From: Negaprion brevirostris
Taxonomy: Eukaryota
Direction: 5' to 3'
Length of the DNA stretch: 64,000 nucleotides
NCBI GenBank assembly: GCA_030324005.1
Contig: JARDVH010000157.1
Span: 23,750,136 to 23,814,135 of the forward strand
Shown here: positions 11,471 to 24,540 of the stretch, in pieces
Layout: each line of letters starts with the position of its first letter
Position numbering within the stretch: the first letter of the stretch is position 1
Notes under the pieces: model-generated
Seen by the model: the letters and a program-made list of their open reading frames with translations, nothing else
The model's database searches: none
What the model was told of the DNA's origin: nothing
Program-made: the position numbers and the translations under genes

Positions 11471-13265
11471 AACCACCCGCCCCCCGACCNNNNNNNNNNN
11501 NNNNNNNNNNNNNNNNNNNNNNNNNNNNNNNNNNNNNNNNNNNNNNNNNNNNNNNNNNNNNNNNNNNNNNNNNNNNNNNNNNNNNNNNNTTGCTGGAGTT
11601 TTTTGAAGAGGTTAACAGTAAGGGTCGATGAGGGTAATGCTGTTGATGTGGTGCACGTGGATTTTCAGAAGGCATTCAATACAGAGCCATACGACAAACT
11701 TGTGAGAAAAGTTAAATGCAAATCAGATTAAAATCAAATCCATGTGTTAACTTTAGGTGAGGCTTGTGATTAGCTGACAAATTACACCAAGTCCCCTACC
11801 AGTTGTTTTGATTTTATTTGCAATACATTTATTTATAGAAATGCTCCTCTGGTGAATAAATACATAACGTGCTGAGCCTTCAAGAACAATGTGTAGTTAC
11901 TGAGCTGTGCAGAATCAGCTCATTTCATTCAGGATGCAATTAAATTCACTGTCTCTGGGTGGAGAGCACAACTTCTTTTGGCAGCTGGTAGACAACAGTG
12001 GTCCAGGAGCCACTGTTGGAAATTGAATGAGTTTTGGATTGAGTTTGACTGATGCATTCTGTTTTTGAATAGCCTGTGCAGCTTTTGTTGCCTGATATCT
12101 CATGGAGGATGGGCAGTTTACCAGAGGGCTATCTATACTTATGGATCTGTAGGTCTCCAAGTATTTGGACCTTCATGAAAGGAGAAAAAAAAATGAAAGA
12201 GCAATAAAAATTGTTAGGCAAGCTTTAACTGTTGTGTGATCTTTCAGTACACAAGAAGGCACATACGAATCAGGGATAGCAAGTATCCCAGGTTGCAAAC
12301 TGTAAATCATTGCTCCACCTTAGTAATTACATCACACTCTTAATATTCTTATTTGCCAATGTATTGCCTTTAGGTCAGGGTTGCTAATTAAGTTTACAAG
12401 CCAGGAACTTGAACTTGTCTCATCAGAATTTGAATTTAGGAAAACATATGAAATTTTATAAATTGATTTTGGCAGGCCACACTATATTGGAATCTTTCTT
12501 TCCAAAATTTTGACTCCCTCCTAAGGGAAGTAAGCAGTTATCGGATTGCAAAGTCTATGGTTGATTGCAGCCTTTGTTTACCTCACCCAAGTGGCAGTTC
12601 TTCGTGTGAAAACCAGGACGTTGAATTTCAGCAGCCTACTTGACCATGGAGGTAGATACTACATCTGAGCCTAATCCCTTTCTTGCCTGAAGGCCATCCA
12701 CAAATTCGGCTGTAGGCGTGAGAATCTTAGTAGATTTATTGATCTCTCTTCCCCAGACAGGCGGTAGAGAAGGACAGAGGCAGTAATCCTGTGGATGTCC
12801 AATGAAAATCAACAACTGTAATCCAGATTGGCAATTCAACATGGAAGTTGTATTTTGGTGGATTTCTTCCAATTAACCCCAAGAGACCCAGGGATAGGTT
12901 ACTATTGTTTACTCATGGATTGAGGCATGGACAGCACTGCGCCAGAGAAACCTCAGAAGCAGCACTCTCTTCTAATATAGCTCTGAGCTCAAAAAGAACT
13001 CTCATTGAGAGAGCATTCTAATACAGTACTCTTTTCTAAATTACAGACACATGCTGCTTATACAGTTAGTCAGTACATTGTTTAAAATTCTAATCTTGTA
13101 TTATTAAACCTTTCGCCTGGAAAAATGAACAGTTATCTCCTCCTAGCTAGAGGCTATTTGCTGTAACATATACAGCCAAGGCCTTACTGGAGGATTTTGC
13201 TGTTCTCAGATCCTTGAGAGTGTAAAGTTCACTCAGGGTAAAAGCATTTGAATGACATATGCTCT

Positions 13266-13545
13266 TAAAGTTTTAAAACTTATTTATTAGTATCACAAAT
13301 AGACATTTTAATACTGTAATGAAGTTATTGTGAAAATCCCCTAATCACCACCCCCCTGGTGCCTGTTTGGATACACTGAGGGAGAATTTTTTTTAGCACG
13401 GTTAGTGCACCGAACCAGCACATCTTTTGGACTGTGGGAGGAAAGTGGAGCACCAAGAAGAAACCCAAGCAGACATAGGGAGAACGTGCAGAGTCCACAC
13501 AGACAGTAACCCAAGCTGGGAATTGAAACTGGATCCCTGGCATTG
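13266..13545 (-). mobile_element. V-SINE type B
   Basis: Reverse complement of the type B body and tail. Confidence 0.8.
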
Positions 13546-15387
13546 TCTCTAACCCCCTTTTTTACTAAATTATTTACCCTAACACTCCTATTTGGCTTAA
13601 CTATGTCTTTTACCCCACTAACCCGTGGAAAAAAGGATCTAGATCTCTTCTGACTGAAAGTTGGCATAACATCACCTCGAGGGCGATTAAAGATGGGCAA
13701 TGAATGCTGACTTTACCAGTAATACTCTCATTCTAATAAAGAATAAAAAACACTCGACCCTTAATTTTGCAGCTTGATCTTTGGAATCATTTTGGTAATT
13801 CTACAGAGATAAAGTGATTGTGACAGAGGAAGGATATCATTGCTCATATTCAATACAAGGAGGTTAAACGTGAGCTGCAATTGTGACAGCGCCACACTCA
13901 GTTTCAAAAATATTCTAACACTTCTTGTAAGAATGGCAAGCCAATTGAGATTAACAAGCAAGGCAAACCTATACTAAAAATAGTCTAATAAAATAACTTT
14001 GCTGGTGTTCTCCTTGAGGCGCCACCACACTCCTTAGAATAAATGTTTGGCAGAGAATGCTGCACTGTTCTGCTTTGTATCGTTTCGGTGCTTGGCGATC
14101 GATGCCTAGAGAATCTGATTTATTCTTAGAGATGCATTTATCAGCAGAATTAACCCTTAACTAGATGAGGGCTAGATCACAAGTATACATTTTCTATCCA
14201 GCTGAGTGTAACAATTGTAGATTTTGTGATGCAGGCATGAACTCCCAATTCCAAAATGGACATGTAGGGTCTTAATTTGATGGAGCTTTCAACAATGTTG
14301 CACTCCTCCTCTACAACATTGACTTGTTGTATAATTAAGTATTAGGGCAAGTTTGAACTTTTGACTTGGGTGACTAAGCCAAAATTACTAAAATTTCAGT
14401 AAAGTAAGAGGTATTTGTTCTATGTCTCTTGAGCTATGCAGAACATTTAGCATTACAGTGGAAGGTTTACTATTTGCAGAATGGCTTATGGCTGGAGGAA
14501 GCATCTTGAGTTACCTAATAGTAAGGTGCTCTTCTGGTACATTGTGTGATCCCTAATTCTTTAACTTGGTGTGGCAGCAGTGGAGGTAGTGAATCGGTAT
14601 TATTACAAAAGAATCCTGTTGGCCCATTTTGAAATGGGGAATGGCTTTGTGCAATGTTTAGTAATAAATTGTATGCCGAGGACCCTTTTTCTATACTGCA
14701 TTGCTTATTTCCCTCTGAGGATGCAGTCTGAAGCATAAATACCTTGCAGTTATGCTGCTGCCAAATTTGACTAATATCAGTGGCTATTCTAAGTGGCAAA
14801 TAGCCATTGTTTTGTCTGTTGTGGATATTGCATTCCACTTGGGGATTTTGTAGTATGACCAGATTATAGGTATCATGTTTGAGTTTGTAATTTTATATGG
14901 AAGAGTATGAATGGAGAGAGATTTGGCCATTTTGGAGTTGGCGTATTCAAAGCAATGGAGAGTTATTTTTAGCAGAAGATTTGAATTTGAACAAGTCAAT
15001 GCTTGCATTTTATACTGCGTGTATCAACTTGCTCATCAGTTAATATTATTCTCCTGTTTATATGTATGTTGCTCGTATCTATGTAAAGACACATTCTGGT
15101 AATTATTAAAGCTTGCTCAGATACAGATAAGTAGTTGTTATTTTGCAGTGCTGATTTAAAGGCTATTTTAAGCTATAGTTGCCTCCTAATTCACACACTT
15201 TTCATATTTCTACCTCGTGCTTTCAAGCAATGGTCAGAATTGTAGCTGACAAACCTACAGCAGTTCATGAGGCTCATGCAGAGATGGGCTTCCATGGCTT
15301 CTGTGTCTGCAATGCATTTGTTATTGGTTGCAAGAAACACCACAAGCTCTCAGTAAAGTCACAATGATGGACTCTTTGGTTGTGCAG

Positions 15388-15516
15388 GTAACACTATATA
15401 ATACGGATCAGGATGGAAGTGATAGCCCTCGCAGCAGCCTTAACAACAGCTTGTCTGACACGAGTCTAGCATCCGTCAACCTGAATAATGTTGGCTCTGT
15501 CCACAACTACGCGCAG
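15388..15516 (+). CDS. FOXJ3: FOXJ3 coding exon: [43 protein letters not shown]
   Basis: gtgcag|GTA acceptor, CAG|gtaagt donor, 129 nt phase 0-0, FOXJ3-like peptide. Confidence 0.95.
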
Positions 15517-16542
15517 GTAAGTTTGTGACTTAGTGAAAACCGATTTGTTAAAGCACACTTTTACTTTGCAATAGCTAAAAAGGCCTAGTGGATATACACT
15601 GAACCTTCGGTACGCCAATAAATGTGGCAGCCACATTCCTTTTAAAAAAGGGAACCTTATTATTTCTTTTAGAATTAAGCCACAGTACTACAGGCACTTT
15701 GGAATAACCAGCTAATGTCTGATCCTGTTTTTGAAATAAATTAGGTGCATTCTAAAATCTAGAATATGAAGGAGAATGTGAAACTTGCTATGACATAGTG
15801 ATTAAAAAGCTCAGCATAAATGCATTTAAGGGTTAGATAAACCTGAGGGAGAAAGGAATTGGACACTTGTGGCAAATGAGGTAAAGCACATTGGGAAAAT
15901 ACTCATGTGGAACATAAGAAATGGGGTAGAACTGTGGAGAGAAATGCCTGTTTCTGTGCTATAAAAATGATTCAGTGTTAGGAATAGTGTGCTGTAGTTG
16001 CTGAGCCTGGGAATACAGATTTAAATGAAGAGGAGCTGTGTCATGTTTTTTATAATAGCTGAAGTAATTAAAAGCAGAAAACCTAGAGTGAAACAAAATG
16101 TGGTATAAATAAACAAAACCATAAGGAAATTAGAAGAAAAACTGTGGATGCTTGAAATTCTGAAATAAGAGCAATGATAGAAGTGCACAAGAGATCAGCC
16201 GACTCTTGGAAGGTGGGATTCTTGCGAGTTCTGAGTTCTGATTAAAGATACTCCTTAATTTTTTTTGTTGTTCAGATTGCAAACAGACCTGTTTTGCACT
16301 TTTGCTCTTAAGTTTGAGTACTGGTTTGCAGGGAAACCCAGCAGTTCTTGACTTCAGTACATCCTGTCCTTTCAGTCTCATGGTCGGATTACAAAATCTG
16401 ATATCATCTGGTGTTCAGTTTCCCAGCTACGCACAACCCCACTTCCCTTCCCCTGCATGTCAACATATAACCTGTTAATTTTCAATTGGTGTGCCACCTT
16501 CTAGTCCCTACGTTGAAGGATCATGTGTTTCCATTTGTACAG

Positions 16543-16714
16543 GTGACAAACCGGGCTGATCCAGTCTCCCAGAGTCTAACACCACAGCAGCAGCAATACA
16601 ACATGCCCGAGAGGGACACAAAACCACCCTTCTCAGAATACAACTTTGAAGATCTGAGTGCCTCCTTTCGTAGCCTTTACAAATCCGTTTTTGAGCAGTC
16701 TCTCAGCCAGCAGG
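16543..16714 (+). CDS. FOXJ3: FOXJ3 coding exon: [25 protein letters not shown]...[27 protein letters not shown]
   Basis: gtacag|GTG acceptor, CAGG|gtgagt donor, 172 nt phase 0-1; contains the FOXJ2/3 motif [14 protein letters not shown]. Confidence 0.95.
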
Positions 16715-17853
16715 GTGAGTGTGAACTCTGTCCCAGATAGGCTACATTTTACAGGTTCTCCAACTAAATTTTGATTACATTCTAGTGCAATTGAAGCTTT
16801 TGCTTTTAATATTTGATTGTCCTAACATGAATCAAAAAACCTTTAAAATCAATGCTGACTGGTGCTTATGTGATGTTTATGTAGTATTTTATGCACTTGC
16901 AAATATTTTCTTCTGCGTTATTTACGTCCTACTCATAATTGGAAATGAAGAGTGTTTGGAGTACAGGGAAGGTCAGTGTTGCATCTGATTGATCAGCAGT
17001 GTGGGTTAGTGTTGAGTGGGACAGGCCCACGTTTGTTGAGATCTGCATCTAAATCCAGGGCCTGGATTTCTTTATATGGCAATAGTACCAATAAACTTGG
17101 AACTGTTTGTGTCGTCTTACATTTTCCTGATGCCCTTGGAAGACCAACCTCCGAATCTTTTGGTATCCTCTCAATTTATCCAGTTGCTGACTGAGCTGGC
17201 TTTGGTGCTGTATTCTCTCCTGTTGCTCTCCTACAAAGGAAGAAAAGGAATGCTATTTGGAGCCAGGTGGTTATTCATATGGTGGTAGTAAGTGCACTAT
17301 TAATAGAGCTGTTCAGTGGAACTGTTAATCCTACAGTATTTTTTCTTCCTGTGGGGAAAGTGCCAGTTCTTGGCAGCTGGCCGCAGTGAAATGATTGAAA
17401 TCTCACTGTGTGGGGAAGTGCAGGCACAAATCACTCCCTGATTCAGCGTATAACAGCACTCGAGAGTATGATCCTTCAGCAAACAGTTGGGATTGTGGCC
17501 CAGAGAAGCAAGCCAGTTCAGCATGTGAGTGAATCTTAAGGTTGTGTTTCTGGATTCCAAGGCATGTCTTCAAATTTAAGGGAAGTATGCAATGTGACCA
17601 AAATGCTTTAAAATGGTTGTCTACATTTATAGTGTGGAATCAGTTCGCTCTGTTGGTTAGATGTCTAGTTTGTGATGCAGACTGATGCCAACAGTGGAAA
17701 TTCAATTCTCATACTGGCTGAGGTTATTCATGAAAGCTCAAAGGGGAGAACAGCCGAGGGTCACCTGGGACTATATCAACTTTACCTTTTTTTACACTAA
17801 TAATGCGGTCACATCTAGCCATAGTTTATTTTCTTGAGTATTAATAAAAAATT

Positions 17854-19135
17854 ACATTTTGTGTCAAAGCTTTTCATCTTGCACTCATCAAAACAATCAA
17901 GAATGTCAGAGGAAACAGCAACCTTATCTGCATGACAAAAGAGTGCTGATTAGTTAGCAAATGGACTCTGGTAGTGCCATTGTCATGGTGAATGACCAGT
18001 TAAGTGATAGTTAACTGCCAAGCAGTCATTGAAAATTTAAACCAGGCAGCGTGACTCTGGTCAAGGCATTACCTTGAGGAATGAGCCAGCGAAGGTNNNN
18101 NNNNNNNNNNNNNNNNNNNNNNNNNNNNNNNNNNNNNNNNNNNNNNNNNNNNNNNNNNNNNNNNNNNNNNNNNNNNNNNNNNNNNNNNNNNNNNNNNNNN
18201 NNNNNNNNNNNNNNNNNNNNNNNNNNNNNNNNNNNNNNNNNNNNNNNNNNNNNATCCTGCAGTGTAGTGGTTACTCTGATCAGATTGTTTTGCAATATAT
18301 ATCGCACAAACTCAGGAACGTGCCTTAGACTGTACTTTTCAATCCTGAAAAGTACTGAGCCTACTTCATTACCCTGTAAGTGCAAGGCATCTCAAAAATC
18401 TGAGCAACAGATGAAGCCAGCTGTTTCACATTGCTATTATGCAATACCAACACTACTGGTATTTGCCATTAACAGAATGCTGCCATTAAGCCAACAAAGC
18501 GTCTGCCTATCTCACAAGTGGATAATGTATATGAATTTCAGTGCTAGGTATGTAGGCCGTATATCCCAAAGTCTGGTGGATTGTATCAAACAGCATATCC
18601 CTTCTGCTTACACAACAGGCAATCAACCAGCACTTGCAAAACTCAAAACACAATGTCAAACATTTGATGTGATTCTGCGTTTGGATAACATTTGTTAGAT
18701 AATGTGTGCTAAAAATTGTGCTGCCAACTAATTTAAGATTGTCAAGTTAGGCTGACAGAGTGGCCAATTTGCATGTACTGGAAATTATATGTATATTACT
18801 ACATGCGGCCCTGTTTTTGCAAACAGGAAGACCATGTATGCACATGGTGCCTACTTCAGCTAAACAAAATTAGTGATAGCCATTTGCTGATTCATTCCAC
18901 AGCACAATGTCTTGACCAATTAGACTCGTGTGGCCTGGTTTAAATTCTCAAATAATCTTGGCAGATAACTGTCAGTCAACAATAACTGTTGCATTCTCCA
19001 TGGCAATGTCTCGAACAGAGTACACTTGCTAACCAATCAGTACTCTCTCCTCATATAATAATGAAGTTGTTGTTTCCATTGGTATTCTTGTGATTGGCCT
19101 GATGAGTGCAAGATGAAAAGCTTTGACAAAATGTC
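17854..19135 (+). mobile_element. Degenerate Penelope-like retroelement: GIY-YIG endonuclease remnant flanked by ~240-bp inverted terminal repeats
   Basis: Decayed frame ...RMLPLSQ...ARYVGRISQSLVDCIKQHIP... (GIY-YIG-like YVGRT..L..RI.QH); 17854-18096 is the reverse complement of ~18878-19135; the repeat end carries a hammerhead motif. Confidence 0.75.
19096..19127 (+). ncRNA. Minimal hammerhead ribozyme motif (Penelope type, probably decayed)
   Basis: ggc-CTGATGA-gtgcaagat-GAAA-agct-TT-gac; core boxes intact, palindromic stem III (aaagcttt), helices I/II mismatched. Confidence 0.55.
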
Positions 19136-19199
19136 CTGTTTTTAGCAGTAGTCAAGTTCTGTACTACCAAATGATTATTAGTTTATTTTCTAGTATGTG

Positions 19200-19485
19200 T
19201 CAAGTTTAAGGTGAGTGGAAAGATTTAAAAGGGACCTGAGGGGCAACTTCTTCATACACAGGGTGGTGGATATATGGAATGAGCTGCCAGAGAATGTGGT
19301 TGAGGCAGGCACAATAGCAACATTTAAAAAGCATTTGGATAAATAAGTCCATGGATGGGAAAGGATTGGAGAGGTATGGGCCAAATGCAGGCAGTTGGGA
19401 CTAGTTTGGAAAAGAACCATGGTCGGCATGGGCTAGTTGGGCTGAAGAACTTGTGTCTGTGCTGTATTGCTCTATGACTCTGTAC
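19200..19485 (+). mobile_element. CR1-type LINE 3' end
   Basis: tttaaggtgagtggaaagatttaaaagggacctgaggggcaacttcttc (F.V.G.RFKRDLRGNFF) ... ctctatgactct tail. Confidence 0.8.
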
Positions 19486-20071
19486 TGTAATCTGTAGGTA
19501 AGCAGTTATAATTGAGACTTCTGTGTGCTTCATATAAGTTACTTCCACTTCTGCACTGTAGGGATTCTATCAAACTCTGTCTACATTGCAATTTACAAAG
19601 GACTTGTTATTTTCAATGTAAGATTAATCACCATTTTGCTTTCAAATGAATTGTGACCTTGGTAATATTATAAATGTGTACAATGCTCTTTCTTGTACAT
19701 TGAGAGGACTAGAATGTAAAGAATGCCTCCAACCTATCCATTATATGCCCTGTGTCCCCACCATTGATATCAGTGCTCATTTGTTTCCAGGGTAAGCCAA
19801 AGGGGACTTTGAAGCACAAATCTGGTCTACGACTTGATTCATTTTGTCATTTTTTTACTATCCTGCACAATGGGACATGATCATTCACCTAGATTGTTTA
19901 AAAATAAACAATATTCACAGCCCACTGGATTCATGTTCGTGTTTGTGTTTACTGTCCATTGTTTCAAAACAATGAAGATTGATTAATTGTTACTTGCTAT
20001 TGAGGCTGTCTAATGGATTTTATACGGAAGTATCATAGCATTGACAATCAATCCTTTTTTCCCCACTCTAG

Positions 20072-20377
20072 GAATGATCAATTTGCCTTCTGAGGCATCA
20101 CAGCCAACCCACACGTCCTGTTCCTACCAGCATTCTCCCAGCAGTACTGTCAGCACCCACCCGCACAGTGGACAGAACAGCCTGGCCAACAGCCATGCCA
20201 GCAGCCTCGGAGTCGGTGCGGGAGGGACACAGGTGCAGCTGTCACAACATCAGATCCACCCTCAACACACGCACCATCAGCACCATCAGCATCAACATCC
20301 GCAGCACCAACCAAACCAGCAACACCATCACCAACAGCAACACCATCACCAACAGCAACACATGGCCTGCAATATCG
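20072..20377 (+). CDS. FOXJ3: FOXJ3 coding exon with His/Gln-rich low-complexity tract: (G)[32 protein letters not shown]...[12 protein letters not shown]
   Basis: polypyrimidine tract + ctctag|GA acceptor, ATCG|gtaaga donor, 306 nt phase 1-1, in frame with neighbouring exons. Confidence 0.93.
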
Positions 20378-20639
20378 GTAAGACCAGTTTGCCCCCTCTT
20401 TATACTTCCATGTCTTGATTATTCAGTGTTTTTGGATGATGCCAGTAGTAGTATAATGTGTCACAATCATTGAAGTATGTAAAAGTGATGGAAATTTCCT
20501 TCCAGTTTTCAGCCTTCTCCACTTGAAAGCATCTTGTTACTGGAGATTTTTTTAATAAGTAGTAAATGCTGACAGTCTACTGGATGTGCTTTATAACTAC
20601 AGTATGTTTTACCTGACCTCAGAATATAGTTCCACTAGC

Positions 20640-22610
20640 TGTAGCTCAGTCATTATACCAGCTCTGGGAGAGGTGAGACCTGAAAAGGCCTAATGGATTG
20701 GACCTTAATAGGGCCAGGATCAATATCCTATGGGATGTTTTGTTATTGTTATTGGTGAGGGTTTAATCTAACTTGCCAGAAGGATCAGAGCCAGGATGTA
20801 ACATTAGAAAGGAGAAGCAAGATGCACAAAGGATCGGGAGAGACAGATAGCAGTAAAGTTAGAAATAGGGTGGGATATCAGGTGGGGTAGCATAGGAGAG
20901 AATGCAATAAGTTCCAAATTAAGTTTATAGTGCACTAATGTCAATGTACGGATCATGGTATGTAAAGTTTGTGCACTGACAGTGGAGATAAGCATCAGAG
21001 AATATGATGTTGTGGTGACAACAGAGACTTGGCTGAAGAGGGCAAGAACTGGGTAATCATCCTAGACTGGACAGGCAGGGAATGAAAAAAGAGGAGTGTC
21101 AGTATTAATTAAGGAAAATATTACAGTGCAAGAGAGAGAAAATATTCTGGAGGACTCAAAGGCAGAATCTTGTTAGGTTAGAGCTAAAAAAAATTTAGGA
21201 TACACTACCAATTGGATTCTATCTGCTACCAACCAGGAAGAAAGATGTGTTGTAGAGGAACAAATATGCATAGAAATTGCAGAGAGGTGCAAAATCATAG
21301 AGTAGTTACAATGGGGAACACTAATTAGCTTAATGTAAACTGAGATAGCATTAGTATAAGGACAGGGAGGGGGAATAGTTTATGAAGTTTCTTCAGGAGA
21401 ATTTTCTACATCAGTATGTTTCTAATGAGGAAGGAGACAATACTGGATTTGTTTTTAGGGAATGAGGCAGATCAAGTTTCAGGAGGAAAACTTTAGGAGG
21501 CAGTGATCATAGCATTGTAAAGTTTAGGTTAGTTGTGGGAAAGAACATGGAGCAATCCAGAGAAAAAATAATTAATTGGGGGAGGGCTAGTTTCACTGAG
21601 GTGAGAAGGAAGCTGGCTCAGTTGAATTGGAAACAAATCTTAACAGCAAGCTGCAGTGGACAATCGCTGCCTTTAAAGAGGATGTGGCTTTGGTAGAATC
21701 AAGTTAAGAATCAAGGGGAAAGGTAGAAGAAATAAATTCAGAGCTCACTGGGTGATGAGAGACAGTAAGATGAATCAGACAAAGAGCACATGTCAGGTTG
21801 ATAAGTACAAGTAAGGACCAAGTGAATCTGGAAAATTCAGAGGGGAAGAGAAAAAATAATGAGAAGAGACTGGCAGCTAACATAAAAGAAAATCCAAGTG
21901 TTTTCTATAGACAAATAAATGGTAAAAGGAGGAGGGGGGGTTGACTCACTGACAACTAAGAAGGGGATTTACGCATGGAAGCAGAGGCTGTGGTTGAGGC
22001 ACTAATTGCGTGCTTTGCATCTGCCTTTCTGTAAGGAAGAAGGTGCTGTCCAAATCATAGTGAAAGAAGAGGTAGTTGAGACATTGGATGGGCTAAAATT
22101 AATGAAGAGATATTTTTTAAAAAGTTTGTTTATTAGTCGCAAGCAGACTTATATTAACACTAAAATGAAGTTACTGTAGCCACACTGGCGCTTGTTCAGG
22201 TACATTGAGGAAGAATTTAGCACGGCAATGCACCTAACTAGCACGTCTTTTGGACTGAGAGAGGAAACTGGAGCACCCGGAAGAAATTCACACAAACACA
22301 GGGAGGATGTGCAGACTGTGCACAGACAGTGACCCAAGCTGAGAATCGAACCCTGTTGCCAAGGTAGTTAGTTCAAGAAAGTAGTTAATGAAGCATAGTT
22401 TCCTGGACCTTAATAGTTGAGTACAAAAGCAAGGAATTTATAGTGAACCTTTATAAAACACTGGTTCAGTCTCAACGAAGTATTGTGTTCAATTCTGAAC
22501 ATTACACTTAGGAAGAATGTTAAAGCTTTGGCGAGAGTCCAGAAAAGGTTTACAAGTATGGCTCCAGAAAAGAGGGATTTCAGTGATGTGAATGGATTGG
22601 AAAATGCAAG
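20640..22610 (+). mobile_element. Decayed CR1 LINE ORF2 (APE endonuclease through C-terminal remnants), interrupted by a SINE
   Basis: Fragments translating YDVV.TTETWL, LDL.LGNE, LGGSDH, NIKENP..FYR. Confidence 0.75.
22118..22355 (-). mobile_element. V-SINE type B inserted in a CR1 remnant
   Basis: aaagtttgtttattagtc...gaggaaactggagcacccggaagaaa...gacccaagctgagaatcgaaccc. Confidence 0.8.
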
Positions 22611-24540
22611 AACATAAAAAATAGGAACAGGAGAAGACTATACAGTCTGTCGAGCCTGCTCCACAATTCTGCATGATCATGGATAATCTTGGGCTTTAAT
22701 TCTACTTTCCCACCAGATCCGCACATTCCTACATTCTCTGAGAGACCAGAATTCTGTTTATCTCACTCTTTAATATGTCGAATGATGGTGCATCCACAAC
22801 CCTCTGATGTAGACAGTCCCAAAAATTCACAATCCTTTGAGTGCAAATTTCTCCTTACCTCAGTCCTAAATGACATTGTGTTTCCTTGTTCTAGATTCCC
22901 TAGGCAAGAGAAACTGCACACCACTATCCACTATGATAAGCCTCTTCATAATCTTGAAGATTTCGATGAAATCACACCTCATTGTTTGAAACACCAAAGA
23001 ATATAAATCCAGTTTAGTTAGTCTTTTGTCATAGACTGACCCTTGCATCCCAGGGGCCATGTGAGTGAACTGTATTTTTTAAATATGGCTATATTCTTTA
23101 AATATGGAGAGTAAAAACACACAAAATATTCCCAGTGTGGTCAGTTTTTGCAAGACTTCTTTATTCTTGTATTGCAATCCCTTGTAATAGTGGCCAACAT
23201 GCCATTTGCTTTCTTAATTGCTTACTTACCTGCATGCTAACCCATGTTCCTTGTATAGTGCACCCAAGCCCCTCCGAAAGTCAACATTTACAGTTTCATG
23301 CTTTTTAGGAAAATATACCCCCCCCTCCTCTTCTGAACTCCAGTGAATATAATCCTAAGCATTACAGTCTCTCCTCATATGATAGACCTGCCATCCCAGC
23401 AATCAGCCTGGTAAACCTTTGCTGTACTCCCTCTAGAGCAAGGACATCCTTCCTCAGATAAGGACACAAACTACTCCCTGTGTGGCCTCATCAATGCCCT
23501 ATACAATTGCAGTAAAACATTCCTATCCCTCTACTCAAATCCTCTTGCTGTGAAAGCCAACATACCATTTGCCTTCTTTACTGCCTGCTGTACCTATGTG
23601 CTTACTTTTAGTGACCGATGCTTGAGGACTCCGAGGTCTCATTGAGTATCCACCTCTCTCAATTTACACCCATTTGAATAATAATCTGTCTTCCTATTAT
23701 TGTTACCAAAGTGGATAAATGCATATTTATNNNNNNNNNNNNNNNNNNNNNNNNNNNNNNNNNNNNNNNNNNNNNNNNNNNNNNNNNNNNNNNNNNNNNN
23801 NNNNNNNNNNNNNNNNNNNNNNNNNNNNNNGAGTATCCACCTCTCTCAATTTACACCCATTTGAATAATAATCTGTCTTCCTATTATTGCTACCAAAGTG
23901 GATAAATGCATATTTATCCACATTATATTATCTGCCATGCAGTTGCCCACGCACTCAGTTGTCCAAATCATGCTGAAGCATCTCTGCATCCTCCTCATAG
24001 CTCACTCTCCCACCCAACATTATATCACTTAATCTATATATATCTCTGCAACTTCCGTATATCTCCCTTGCATTCCCACCTAGCTTTGTGTCATCAACAA
24101 ACTTAGATACATTGCCCTCTGTCTCTTCTAAGTAATTTGTACAGACTGTAAACAGCTGAAAGCCCAGCACCATTCCACTGGTCATAGCCTGCCAACTGGA
24201 AGATTCCCCATTTACAATTAATCTCCTCTTCTTGTCTGACCAGTTCTCTCTCCGTGCTGCTACTTTACCCCAAATTCATGAGCCCTTTTCTTGCCTATGA
24301 ACCTTTAGTGTGGCCCTTGTCAAATGCCTTTTGGAAATCAAAGTCTGCTAAATCTACTAGTTCCCCTTTATCCTGTCCCACTAATTACATCTTTAAAAAA
24401 CTTTAATAAATTTATCAAACAGAATTCACTTTCGTAAAACCATGTTGATTTGTTCAAATTATTCTACCCTTTTCCAATGCATTGTTAAGACTTCCTTAAT
24501 AATAGATTCCAGCACTTTTCCAATGACTGATGTTGTGGCA
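22611..24540 (-). mobile_element. Nested CR1 LINE remnants (RT region), spanning a gap
   Basis: aagaacataaaaataggaacaggag tail; minus-strand fragments SKFVDDTKLGG, DFQKAFDK. Confidence 0.75.

Larger units (their letters stand above)
10870..11489 (+). promoter_or_regulatory. CpG island / promoter-like segment around VPS9D1 exon 1
   Basis: Abrupt rise in GC and CpG content in an otherwise CpG-depleted intron; contains a CTCF-like motif and an ATG exon with donor. Confidence 0.75.

Noticed and set aside
10865-11675. Multiple overlapping GC-rich ORFs including VWVWVW/QTQTQT peptides
   Set aside because: By-products of the CpG island and the (CCCAGA)n repeat; only 11123-11215 has homology and a splice donor.
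23643-23917. ~88-bp direct repeat flanking the 23731-23830 gap
   Set aside because: Near-identical sequence on both sides of an exact 100-N gap is an unmerged contig overlap inside a CR1 remnant, not biology.
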